Positions 11,161 through 21,649 of a stretch of DNA of 64,000 nt are shown here, in pieces. Position 1 is the first letter of the stretch; each line of letters starts with the position of its first letter. The stretch comes from a bacterium (lineage in GTDB: Bacteria > Zhuqueibacterota > Zhuqueibacteria > Residuimicrobiales > Krinioviventaceae): assembly GCA_963674595.2 (NCBI GenBank), contig CAXXFV010000023.1, forward strand, positions 96,001 to 160,000, in the 5' to 3' direction. The notes beneath the pieces were generated by a model. It did no database searches and was not told the DNA's origin. It saw only the letters and a program-made list of their open reading frames with translations. The translations under genes were made by a program, and so were the position numbers.

Positions 11161-13227
11161 TTACTTTTTTTTATCCCAGAATATTGTCAGAAAAACAGGT
11201 TCATGATAGGGAACAGACTTTGTCAGTTGTAACTGAAATGTATCCTTTACTTTTATAATGGAAAAATTTTTACAGGGTTCCCAGTCTCCGGTAGCGGTCA
11301 GCAGTTCTGTTTTTTCAATTGTACGTTTGTCCGAGAACTTAAATTCCACCTTTTCCCAGGGGTCCAGGGACAAATTGAATAATCCCAAAAGTGTTTTATC
11401 ACCCAGGTCTTTGCGGAGTCCCAGCGGATAAACGCCGCCACGCACCAGTAAAGGTACATCGTCCCGACCCAGCCAGCGCACCATGTGCTGTAACTGTTCC
11501 CGGCGGAATGTGTGGTTATAGGCAACGCCGTAAGCTGTTGCCAAATCAAACGCCTGTACGATAATGCGTCCGCCAAGTTGGTTCTCATAAGCATAGGCAC
11601 AAACGTGGTGCCGTTTGGCATCCGGATCGACAATCCGGCTGATAATTTCGGCTTCGTCAACAGGTTCCATAATGCTAAAGTCCGGACGGCCGGTTAAATC
11701 CGGCATGGTGAGGGTCAGAAACTTTTTCTCTGCACCACCAAATTTTGGATTAAAAAATTCTTCGGCTGAAAAGGCTCCCAAATCGTTTAGAAAAACCGGA
11801 GAATTAATTGATTTGAGCCCGATCTCCCCACCAAATCCACGATCAAAAAGGATTTTAGCGGCGACTGCGTCCAGCCATATACCTTTGGATAAAAATCCAT
11901 GAATCTCCGAATCGTTAAAGGCGCGCAATTGCTGCCCGGAACTTGCCAGAATGTGAGAATTTTCATAGATTGTAGGTATACCGTGACTTTCCAGCATTTG
12001 CATCAAACACTCACCGTCTCCGGCGAGTTCTAAAAAATTGGTAGAGCTTTTCAGTTTTTTTTCATAACTGCTTTTTTCATGCACCAATATTTTAACACCG
12101 CGATAGGTGCCTGATTGTTGAGCGCGTCCCGCCAGGGCGTGAAAGAACGGTTTTTTCTCTTTCAGCAATTTCCCAAACATGGATTCACGTTCCATAGGCG
12201 TTCCGGCATGATCAAAAAGATTCAAGGTTACGCCGTCTGCTCCAAAGGCAAAGGAAATGGCCATTTGCAGAAATGTGAACGATGTGCTTTTGGAATATTG
12301 GGTAAAAGGAACGTTTTCAACTTCTGTCTGCTGAATGGTATCTGCGGGCAGCATGTGGCGTGTTAACTTGATAGAATCGTGAGAATAATATAAACCACGC
12401 AAAGTCGCTTCGTGGTAATGGCCCAGCGGCGGACGACTGTAAAGAGGTTTGCCGTCGGCAACAGCGTGCGCAAAATCGTGCCATCGCCGCCCTTCCATAG
12501 CATGACCTCGTACGTCGCTGGACATGAGTCCCAGCCGGGTGTTCGGAGAGGTTTTGTGGACCACTTTGGCTAAAAAATCGACCAATTCAATCATCACGTC
12601 GCCCTGCATGTCCAGAAATTCACTACGCCAGGGATGCGGATCGCCCGGTTTGAGTATCGCTTCAACCAGTGTCTCACGGGTGACTTTTTCGCCGATTCGG
12701 TCGGAAAATCGCTCAATATGCAGGTGACAAAAACAACTATAGCGCACCGGACGGTGAAAAAAAGTCCGTAAATCATCTTCCATCCAAATGACATGCGGTT
12801 TGGTTTCTGCGTACATGGTCCAGATTTTGGCAACATGCTCGCGCCATGCCAAAGACATGGGACAGGCACAGGCCATGCATTCCGTGCCGTCGTGTCCCAC
12901 CATTGTTCGAAGAGCGGGGATATAGGTTCGCGAGTCCCGTCCACGGTCGTTGTGTCCCACGGTAATCCAGGGATTGATTGAAAACACAATCCCCAGTTTG
13001 TCCATTTCCGCCTTTATTTCGAATAAATGCGGTTGATATTTTCTGATCCAGTCCAGCGGCGGCTGACCATGCGAAAACTCTTCGGTATCAACTTTAACAA
13101 TCAGTTCGTCAACACCATATTGCGGCAGATATTCAATTAATTCTTTTAAATTTTCTTCAAAACTCCAGGGCGGCAGTGTACGACGCAACGCATACCAGGC
13201 ATTTGTTTGTTTCTGTGTTAAAGGCAT
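11161..13227 (-). CDS. Hypothetical protein, probable glycoside-hydrolase-like TIM barrel
   Basis: 688-aa ORF, CACP and WMEDD motifs, CFCHLH, C-terminal region resembling a trimerisation domain. Confidence 0.5.
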   Translation of the reverse strand: MPLTQKQTNAWYALRRTLPPWSFEENLKELIEYLPQYGVDELIVKVDTEEFSHGQPPLDWIRKYQPHLFEIKAEMDKLGIVFSINPWITVGHNDRGRDSRTYIPALRTMVGHDGTECMACACPMSLAWREHVAKIWTMYAETKPHVIWMEDDLRTFFHRPVRYSCFCHLHIERFSDRIGEKVTRETLVEAILKPGDPHPWRSEFLDMQGDVMIELVDFLAKVVHKTSPNTRLGLMSSDVRGHAMEGRRWHDFAHAVADGKPLYSRPPLGHYHEATLRGLYYSHDSIKLTRHMLPADTIQQTEVENVPFTQYSKSTSFTFLQMAISFAFGADGVTLNLFDHAGTPMERESMFGKLLKEKKPFFHALAGRAQQSGTYRGVKILVHEKSSYEKKLKSSTNFLELAGDGECLMQMLESHGIPTIYENSHILASSGQQLRAFNDSEIHGFLSKGIWLDAVAAKILFDRGFGGEIGLKSINSPVFLNDLGAFSAEEFFNPKFGGAEKKFLTLTMPDLTGRPDFSIMEPVDEAEIISRIVDPDAKRHHVCAYAYENQLGGRIIVQAFDLATAYGVAYNHTFRREQLQHMVRWLGRDDVPLLVRGGVYPLGLRKDLGDKTLLGLFNLSLDPWEKVEFKFSDKRTIEKTELLTATGDWEPCKNFSIIKVKDTFQLQLTKSVPYHEPVFLTIFWDKKK

Positions 13228-13448
13228 TGGGACAAACTCCGGTTGAAAATAATCGTTGGGAAATATAGATAAAAAATAAATTATAACATTTTAGCTAAAA
13301 TTACTGATTGAATGTTAAAAAGACAATGTTTTATTACCTTTGGTTGCCTCAGATTTGATAATCATGATTTTTTGTAACTTTTAGACTCATAACTTCTATC
13401 CAATATACATTAATTTATTTTTGTAGTTGAAATAAAGCGATAAAAATA

Positions 13449-13476
13449 TTGACTTTTGTAAAAAGTTAATTATATT
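13449..13476 (+). promoter_or_regulatory. sigma70-like promoter just outside the left inverted repeat
   Basis: TTGACT-N16-TATATT. Confidence 0.55.
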
Positions 13477-13497
13477 GGTAATATAGGTTGGCATTAA

Positions 13498-13518
13498 TTA
13501 AAGGATAACTATTTATTA
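13498..13518 (+). repeat. 21-bp inverted repeat, left copy
   Basis: TTAAAGGATAACTATTTATTA; exact reverse complement at 17584-17604. Confidence 0.9.
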
Positions 13519-13523
13519 ACGTA

Positions 13524-14543
13524 TTGATGTACATCAAGCAAATTAAAAACATTGTATTAGTATCTGATTATGTTCAAACACAAAGTGAACAATTAGAATC
13601 AGCTGCAAAGAAACAAGGTGTTATCTTTAGGCAAGCTAGTGCATCTAGTACCGATACATTGCAGAAAGCAATAATACAACGTTTCTCAAACAAAATACTT
13701 CTTTATACCAATGTTGATGAGTTTAAATTGAATATCAATGCACATATTGATGATCTCATTTTTCCATACTGGTTTGGTAAACATTCAAGAAATTCACAAT
13801 CGTTAATACCAGCACTATGTGAATTGTATAATATTAAATATATTGGAGGAGATGCATATACCAGAATAGTTTGTAATGATAAAATACTATCAAAAGAAAT
13901 AGCTGTTCAGGCTGGTTTTAAAACACCAAATTATATTATTATTAGATCATTGAACGAAATTAACTCATCATTTGATGTAATCTCATATCCATCTGTAATT
14001 AAACCTATTTATGAAGGCGCTTCTATCGGAATTACTCAAAGAAACAAAGTTAATAATAAAGATGAAGCTTATGAAATTGCTAAGCATTTGTTTATTGAAT
14101 TTGAACAACCAATCCTAATTGAAGATTTTATACCTGGCAAGGAAGTAAATATTTGTCTTCTTGGATATGGTAAAAATGTTAAACTAATGAATTCGACTGA
14201 ATGGTATTTAAAAGAGGATGAGGAATTCTTTATAAACAATTTAAATACCACACAAGAAAAGAAAAGTGGAAAATATATACATTGTGTCCGAAATGTTTCA
14301 GATAAAATACCAGAATATGTTTTTAACTCTAGCAAACAAATCTTTTCATGGCTTGATAAAGTTGAAATTCTAAGAATTGATGGAAAACTTTTTAATAACG
14401 ATTTTTATCTTATTGAGCTCACATCTATGCCACACTTAGGGATGTCTGAGTACACTCTTTCTCTTATGATGAATAATTACAGCTATGAGGATATAATCGA
14501 AAAAATTATCAAATATGCCGTCTATGGTTATTCAGTCGAATAA
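13524..14543 (+). CDS. ATP-grasp protein, D-Ala-D-Ala-ligase-like
   Basis: NDKILSK, YPSVIKPIYEGASIGI, EDFIPGKEVNI, RIDG, IELTSMPH. Confidence 0.8.
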   Translation: MMYIKQIKNIVLVSDYVQTQSEQLESAAKKQGVIFRQASASSTDTLQKAIIQRFSNKILLYTNVDEFKLNINAHIDDLIFPYWFGKHSRNSQSLIPALCELYNIKYIGGDAYTRIVCNDKILSKEIAVQAGFKTPNYIIIRSLNEINSSFDVISYPSVIKPIYEGASIGITQRNKVNNKDEAYEIAKHLFIEFEQPILIEDFIPGKEVNICLLGYGKNVKLMNSTEWYLKEDEEFFINNLNTTQEKKSGKYIHCVRNVSDKIPEYVFNSSKQIFSWLDKVEILRIDGKLFNNDFYLIELTSMPHLGMSEYTLSLMMNNYSYEDIIEKIIKYAVYGYSVE

Positions 14544-14558
14544 TATAAGAATATTATT

Positions 14559-15230
14559 ATGGAATTTCCTGATGTACTAGACAAAAATCCCTATCCAGGA
14601 AAACTAATTGCACTATGCGGAGTTGATGGGTCAGGTAAAACAACACAATTAGTTTCGATTAGTAATTTTCTCAAAAAAAATGGGTATGATGTTGCTACTA
14701 CTATGCAACATACTGATAGCATGAAAGAATATCCTATAATGAAAAATTTTAATCTTTACCCAAAAATTCGTTCAGAGATTGATTTTAGAGCAATAATATG
14801 CTTATCAATTGGGGATAGATTACAACATTTACATTCAATAATAAAACCTGAACTTAAATCTGGAAAGATCGTTATAACTGATAGATATATCTATTCTTTA
14901 TTAGTATTTATCCTCTCTTTTAATTATCCATTACAGAATTGGATATTGGAGCTATTTTCATTTTTTATTGCGCCAGATATTACCTTTTTATTCACGGCAA
15001 GAATAGATGTTATTTCAAGAAGAATTTTGGAGAGAAATAACGAAGAGGATAGAGATATTAATTATATTTCACTAAAAGTTGAACAAGATTGGTTTTACAA
15101 AATTTCTCAAAATTACAAATTTGAGATTATTGAAACCTCAGAGATGAATAAAGATGATGTTTTCAAGTTTCTTAAACAAAAGCTTATAAATGTTATTCAA
15201 ATAAATGAAGGAAATCGAATGTCCAATTAA
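14559..15230 (+). CDS. Thymidylate-kinase-like P-loop kinase
   Basis: GKLIALCGVDGSGKTT, VITDRY, PDITFLF. Confidence 0.85.
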   Translation: MEFPDVLDKNPYPGKLIALCGVDGSGKTTQLVSISNFLKKNGYDVATTMQHTDSMKEYPIMKNFNLYPKIRSEIDFRAIICLSIGDRLQHLHSIIKPELKSGKIVITDRYIYSLLVFILSFNYPLQNWILELFSFFIAPDITFLFTARIDVISRRILERNNEEDRDINYISLKVEQDWFYKISQNYKFEIIETSEMNKDDVFKFLKQKLINVIQINEGNRMSN

Positions 15231-17584
15231 CAAGGTTTATAGTCTTAAACGATTGAACTTGAGAATCCTTTTTATAGCTAGTATTTCCCAAAAATCTTTC
15301 ATTCCAACAAGCTTGACGTAATATTGATGGAATTTTGGTACCTTTTTTATAATACAAATGAGACAAAGCTTTGTTTTTTATTGATTTGTAAAATAAATAA
15401 GCATTGTAATAAAAAATTTTCACTAACTCATAATCTAATATTTCTCGATTTTTTTCGGTTTCCATCTCCTCAAGAATAAATTCAAACGATGTTTGCTTTT
15501 GGTTTTCAGCATATAGTACTAACAAATTATTTAAGACAATAAAGCGATCTCTAAAGTTTGATATGTTGTTTAGAACTCCCAATAGCTTTTCTTCAATAGA
15601 ATTGAATTCATAATTTCCTTTTCGAATAAAAAGTACAGCAAAATTGTTTTCTACTAGAGAGTATTTATAATAATATTTTGTAGATATTTTTTTTGCTTTA
15701 TTAAGTTCATCTTCAGCTTTTTCAAATACACAATCTTTTAAATAAAATCTAGCTAAAGAAATATGGGTAGACATAACTTGTAGTTCATTTTTACTCTCGC
15801 TAAAACCCTTTAATGATAATTTTAAAAACTTTAATTTATACTTTCTTTCCTTGTCATCATACATGAGAAAATCAGCACATTTATAAAAATAAGGTTCAAT
15901 GTCTGTCCTTTCAAATGTTTTCAAATTTCTATGTTTGTTCCATAACAGCTTTGCTTCTTCAATCATGTTATTGGCTCTGTATGAAGATATCAATGATATA
16001 ATTGCCCCCCTTTTTAGTTTAGCATTATGTGAACTACTAACTATATTCATGCCTATTCGTTTTGCATCATCAATTTTACCATCTAACCCCATGGATGTTA
16101 AATTAATTAAAAGTAATAGAGCATCTTTTTTATACTTATCAGTAATTCCCTTAGCTTTTTTATAATTATAAGTTCTATAATAAATCAAAGGCTAGTTTTT
16201 TATCGAAAGCAGGGATTATTTTACTATCACTTTTTAATAATCGTTCTTTAAGATCTTCTAGATTTTATTATGCATCTTTCAATAGATAATAGTCTGGGGA
16301 TAAGCTTAATAGCTCCATTTAGAATATAATGAAACTCACTTTGATTGGTCACTTTAGACGAGAAAAAAATTAACTGGGTAAGGCAACGGTATTTTGGCAT
16401 ATATATATCATAATCATTGTTAAATAAGGATCGGTAGATATTAAGCCAGATATTAATAGAGATAATACGATATTTTTCTAATGCAGTCTCTTTCAATAAA
16501 AACGAAATTATACTGTCATGCTTAATTTTAAAACTGTCATCCTCTTTATAAATTAAATCTTTTTCTTTTAGTATTCTTTCGACAAGTTCATTCGTATTTA
16601 TAACAGGAGTAGTTGTTGTGAAGTGCCTATGCTTTATAAATAAATCAAGGAGTTCTTCTGAAACATAACCATCATGTAATGCAATTCCGCACATTAACAG
16701 TTGTAATATTTTATTTAAAGAAAAAATTCTAATAGAATCAATTTCATCATATTTAATTCTTTTTTCTTGTTTTATTTTAATATTTTGGAGCATTTGTAAT
16801 TTATGTAGATTTCCTGATGATTCCTCGTAGGATCCTTTTACCAGATTCAGATATTCCTTTGGTGAATTTTGAAATGCGGTTATTATATCAACTAATGGCA
16901 ACTTTTAAGGTTACATTTATGTAAATATATATTATTGCTTATAAAATAACTGCTTAGAGCGTCTATTTCAATACTTACTTCCTCGCTTTTAGTGTACTCC
17001 AATATTAAATAAATCTTGTTTTTAAGTAGAAAACGATAAAAACAATTTAAGGAGTACGAATCAATAATTTGAGAATTATCAACTAACACATAAAAGTATT
17101 GTTCATTAAGAGCATACTCAATATACTTGGTCGCTTCATAAACTACTGAATCACTTGAATAGAATAACGTTTGATTTAATATTTTAGATTCATAGCCTAT
17201 ATCTTTTGTAAGTTGTTCTGATATTTTTTTTAACCTAGTAATATCTGCTACTGCTGCTGATATATACTTTTTAATATCAACCTTCTTGTACTTAATAAAC
17301 TCAACGAATGAAAATAAATTTGAGTCATTTGCATTGGAATAGTCATTAATAGCTATAGCAAGTTGTCTCACAAATAATCCTTCAACATTTGCATTATTTT
17401 TATGTCTTGCAATTTTGACATGTAATTTTGCCAAATTACATTCATCTAATGCTTTCTCAATCAATGAAGATTTACCAATGCCAGATTCTGCTGTTATTAA
17501 TAGTACTCGAGAAGCTCCTTTATAATTTTTAAAATCTTTTATTAAGAAGGCTTTTTCATATATCCTGTTTATAAAAGGAGTCAT
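15193..17584 (-). CDS. P-loop ATPase with C-terminal TPR-like helical repeats (probably one ~800-aa gene split by frameshifts)
   Basis: ORFs 16892-17584 (AESGIGKS Walker A, YVLVDN Walker B), 16248-16901 and 15193-16188 (TPR-like) can be joined by single-base shifts, e.g. an A-run near 16903. Confidence 0.65.
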
Positions 17585-17604
17585 AATAAATAGTTATCCT
17601 TTAA
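17584..17604 (-). repeat. 21-bp inverted repeat, right copy (last base is the A of the ATPase ATG)
   Basis: TAATAAATAGTTATCCTTTAA. Confidence 0.9.
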
Positions 17605-17748
17605 AGCAAATTAATTCATCGTCCAAAACAAGACAAAATTTTGCAATAAAAGGATTTTAAATATCACAGTTATCAAAAAGCAGGATGTGGTGATTTTGTT
17701 GCCTGATTAAGTAATCAAAATTGTTGAAAAATGGATACTTCCCCTGTG

Positions 17749-18684
17749 TCAAGCGGTTAACACAATTTTTTCGCGTGGGTGTTTTTGGGCGAGAATTTGT
17801 TTTTGTTTTTCATTGGTAACATGCGTGTAAATTTGTGTAGTGTGAATACTGCTATGGCCCAACAGATGTTGGATGTATCTCAAATCCACGCCTGCTTCCA
17901 AAAGTTGTGTTGCAAAGCTGTGCCTGAACATGTGTGGTGTTATATTTTTTGTGGACTTTATTTCCGAAACATACTTTTTTATCATAAATCGAACGGACTG
18001 TTCGGACAGGCGGTTGTAATTTCGATTCAGAAAAAAATGATTTGATCTTCTGCTTTCATTATGAAATAACCTGGAATATTCTTTTAGTACGTGAAGGACC
18101 TCTTTGTGGCAAATTTGACTCATTCTTTCCTTTCGGCCTTTGCCCTTAATTTTTAAATCACCTGTACTTAAATGGATATCTAAAGTCTGTAAATTACACA
18201 ACTCAGATACCCGCATCCCTGTTGCATACAATACTTCGAGAACACAAATATCCCGGACAATATTTTGATATGCCTTTCCAGGTTTACACATGTGCTTTTT
18301 CAAGTAAACATGTTTTAATAATTCTTCTATTTCCTTCATAGTAAAAGTTTTGGGTAATGCTTTTTCTTCCTGAATTTTAATCCGTATTTTTCGAAAGGGG
18401 TTAGTCTCGATTATATCTTCATACTCATAATAATTGAGCATAGCTTTGAGGGATGCTATTTTCCTTTTAACTGTTTTGGGTTTATATTGAGACATTATAT
18501 CTTGAAGAAATTGTTTGAGAATGACCCTATCTATTTTTTGAATGGATTCTGGAAAATTTTTCTCCGACAAAAAGGTTTGAAATTGGTACAAATCAATTCG
18601 ATATGCTTTGATAGACTTGGGGTCCAGATTTTTTTCTAATCGACAATATGTCAAAAATTTTTCAATGCAGGTTTCCAGTCGCAT
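17749..18684 (-). CDS. Tyrosine recombinase/integrase (XerC/D-like)
   Basis: [40 protein letters not shown] catalytic motifs. Confidence 0.95.
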   Translation of the reverse strand: MRLETCIEKFLTYCRLEKNLDPKSIKAYRIDLYQFQTFLSEKNFPESIQKIDRVILKQFLQDIMSQYKPKTVKRKIASLKAMLNYYEYEDIIETNPFRKIRIKIQEEKALPKTFTMKEIEELLKHVYLKKHMCKPGKAYQNIVRDICVLEVLYATGMRVSELCNLQTLDIHLSTGDLKIKGKGRKERMSQICHKEVLHVLKEYSRLFHNESRRSNHFFLNRNYNRLSEQSVRFMIKKYVSEIKSTKNITPHMFRHSFATQLLEAGVDLRYIQHLLGHSSIHTTQIYTHVTNEKQKQILAQKHPREKIVLTA

Positions 18685-19436
18685 AACTTACTTTCTCCAT
18701 TCAACAGAATATCGTGGGGATAATAGTCTAATAGTTATTTGTTTTCACAAAGTTATTCAATAATTGGTTGATTTTACAAAAATTATAATAATATATCCTC
18801 TCATCTCTTCGTAGCGCACATTTGGATGGTGCTTTTTCATTGAGTAAAAACCAAATCCAAAATTTTAATCTCCCCAACCGTATAAAAAATACTTGTAACT
18901 TACTATTTGAGTTTAGCATCAAGTCAGAGCTTTTATTGAATTACTCCAATCAATAAAAGATCGTGAGAAACCAGGATTAATTAAATATTATGATGAAAAA
19001 GCAGACAATCTTAGTGGGACTACAAGTGGAATAGGCATGAACTAACTTGTTGAGGAACGATATATCAAAGGGTTATTGTGTCCGATTTTACTATTGTGAT
19101 GAAAAAGATAATATATTACTTTTTAAATTTATGCTTAAATTTTTTTGGTTATATCGAACAAAAAAAATCATTATAACATTATATTGAAAAACAAAAACAC
19201 CTCATATCAATATACACTGATCGTGGTTAAGAATAACAATCATCCGTCAGTTTTTGTTTGCCTATAAATATTCCTTCAATATCAAGTTTTATGACATTTT
19301 AAAACAAAACTTTCACGCTGCTGTGCCACCAATATTCAGGTTTAAAAACAATCCTTTCTTATCAGGATTATAATATATGTTTTCTAATTTTACAAGTAAA
19401 AACTCTGGTATATAAATTATTTTTGATGGCGTTTTT

Positions 19437-21554
19437 TTACTGAATTTTTAACATGGCACATCCACGTTCTAACGGAACATCTAATGCTACGACACCATTT
19501 TTTTCTGTCAATTCTATGGGTTGCCATTCTGTCTTGCCCGGATGGATGATCATTGCGTGAAAAGAATCATTACCGGACTGCTTTTGCAAATGGCGTAACT
19601 CAATTCGGCACGTTTCAGACTTTTCTCCAAAAGTAACCGGTACCACATAACCATCTGCTATGGAAAAGAGATTGGCTTTGGCTGAATTTTCCGCCACAGT
19701 GACGGCATGAGGTTCAAGCACCCACTGCTTTCCACGCAGGGCATCCAACATGGGGCCGTAATCAAAATAAATTTTATCCACATTATCCGAAGGTACGATT
19801 GTGTGATCATTGCCCGGCAGTGGGGCTGTTAAATAAGCACCCATATACAGGTGGCGTTGAAAATAGGCGTCCGGGGTTTGGTCGAGTTCCGGGACCATAA
19901 TTGTCCAGGCCATAATCGGTTTACGCAACGCCAGTAAAGCGCACAGGTTCATACTGTGTCCCATTTGCCCAAACTCATCATAAATACCGTCAATATATTC
20001 CAATAAATCCAATCGACGATAATGCGGATTACAGTAGATCACTTTATCATTTTCATGCATTACCTTACCGATTTTCCGGATAACGTTATACCAGGAGATG
20101 ACCAAAGAACGCGCCGGTTTATTATTGACCCAACTCAGGCCGTCATCAAATTTGGGATTATAAAATTTTAGCCAATCCATGCGGTCAATACAAATACCGG
20201 AACTTGAAGGGAATTTTTCCACATGAAGTTTTGCCTGGTCTGCTAGAAATTGCTGATAAACCGGATCACCCGGGTCCATGGCCACACAGCCTTTCCAGGA
20301 TGGGATGGGTTTATCGTCACCTTCGCGCACAAGTATGGCATCGTTTAACACATTGTAAATATAATCATTGGCGTCTTTCCACAAGTCCTGATCGTTTATC
20401 GCTTTTCGAGGCGGCGGCGGGTATACAATGTCCCTGCCGAATTCTGTTACATTAAAATAACAAAGGACATAAAATCCCATGTTGGTAAAGAAATTTATAT
20501 CTTTTCTCATATTGTTTATCGAGTTGGGTTTTGATTTCATATCAATCCACTCTATTTTGTCATTCTTTACCGGCGGTACAAACATACCCATATAGGGAAA
20601 GTCGAAACTGGCTTTCCAGTTTACTTTGAAGGACATCCGTTTCAAACGTTCTGCATCGAAATCCACGGCATGACTCGAATATGCGCCGCAGCCGGCCATT
20701 TCCTGAACATGAGGATTTGGCGGGTTAAAAAACTGGGGATACTTGTCCACCAGCCACCCCAGGCCACAGCGCCAATCCGCTTCATGTCGGACCAGATCCA
20801 TCGAGAATGTAACAGGCGTTTCTGCTGAAATCCGGTGACAGGTGCGGGAAATTGTCATTTGTCCGGTAGATGTCACATCAAGTTCCATGTCAAAAATGAG
20901 GTCTTGAGGGGACATAACCAGACTGATACCGTTATCCTTTTCAGAATCAAACACAGAAACCAAAGGATGGCAAAACGTTTGAGGAAGGGTGTGTTTACGG
21001 CCTCCGTAAAAAAGGGATGCGTCTGTAAAAGCAATCGGCATTAAGGGGTCCGTCCACCATATTCCGTCGTCAACATCCCCCAGTCGTTTGCCTTCAGCAG
21101 CGTCAGGACGATTGTCTCCCCAGGCTGTCCACCATGAAAGTCCAGCCGTGTTTTGCCATTCCAGTTGGGTTGTGATTGCGGTTGTCCAGGGTGCATCTTT
21201 ACCAATGATTTCAAATTCCCAATGCAGACCGTCTTTTGTCGGTGTAAACCGTTCTATCAATACACATTGTTTGCCATTTTTTTTATGACGGAGGTTTTTA
21301 CGGAATTCCTTTGTGCCGTTATTTAATACCCGGCTTTCGATTTTATCTGTTATAATACAATCGGCAAGTTTGGTTTGTGCCGTTAATCCGGTTATTACGT
21401 TCACATTCGATGATTCATGAACAATCCCCCTGGCATCAACTGAGAATAAATTTGGACCGGCGAAATCGTTAGTTTGGCAGCAAATAAAGGTAAGAAAAAA
21501 AAGGACGATTAAAAATATTTTATCAAGTAAAGGGTTCAATTTTTTCAAGTACAT
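19437..21554 (-). CDS. Exported hypothetical protein, possible glycoside hydrolase
   Basis: 705-aa ORF, signal/lipobox-like FICC, aromatic-rich, GICIDRMD motif. Confidence 0.5.
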   Translation of the reverse strand: MYLKKLNPLLDKIFLIVLFFLTFICCQTNDFAGPNLFSVDARGIVHESSNVNVITGLTAQTKLADCIITDKIESRVLNNGTKEFRKNLRHKKNGKQCVLIERFTPTKDGLHWEFEIIGKDAPWTTAITTQLEWQNTAGLSWWTAWGDNRPDAAEGKRLGDVDDGIWWTDPLMPIAFTDASLFYGGRKHTLPQTFCHPLVSVFDSEKDNGISLVMSPQDLIFDMELDVTSTGQMTISRTCHRISAETPVTFSMDLVRHEADWRCGLGWLVDKYPQFFNPPNPHVQEMAGCGAYSSHAVDFDAERLKRMSFKVNWKASFDFPYMGMFVPPVKNDKIEWIDMKSKPNSINNMRKDINFFTNMGFYVLCYFNVTEFGRDIVYPPPPRKAINDQDLWKDANDYIYNVLNDAILVREGDDKPIPSWKGCVAMDPGDPVYQQFLADQAKLHVEKFPSSSGICIDRMDWLKFYNPKFDDGLSWVNNKPARSLVISWYNVIRKIGKVMHENDKVIYCNPHYRRLDLLEYIDGIYDEFGQMGHSMNLCALLALRKPIMAWTIMVPELDQTPDAYFQRHLYMGAYLTAPLPGNDHTIVPSDNVDKIYFDYGPMLDALRGKQWVLEPHAVTVAENSAKANLFSIADGYVVPVTFGEKSETCRIELRHLQKQSGNDSFHAMIIHPGKTEWQPIELTEKNGVVALDVPLERGCAMLKIQ

Positions 21555-21649
21555 AAAATTTCTCCTTTCGGTTTTCCGACAGCCAGACTAAAGCTCTTTC
21601 AGAGATTCCGTCACCCGGTATATTCAATACTTGGTCATAAATATTTCAG

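Noticed and set aside
11032-11232. 66-aa + strand ORF over module copy C
   Set aside because: Runs antisense through the promoter-RNA module and overlaps the 3' end of the 11161-13227 gene; no recognisable motif.
14559-15230. Assigning the symbol tmk to any of the three TMK-like genes
   Set aside because: Context and divergent motifs do not support the housekeeping enzyme.
17749-18684. Housekeeping xerC/xerD or integron integrase
   Set aside because: Island context, and no visible IntI-specific insertion; left as a generic tyrosine recombinase.
18728-19330. Gene in the AT-rich stretch upstream of the recombinase
   Set aside because: Only short broken frames; possibly a decayed gene but not identifiable.
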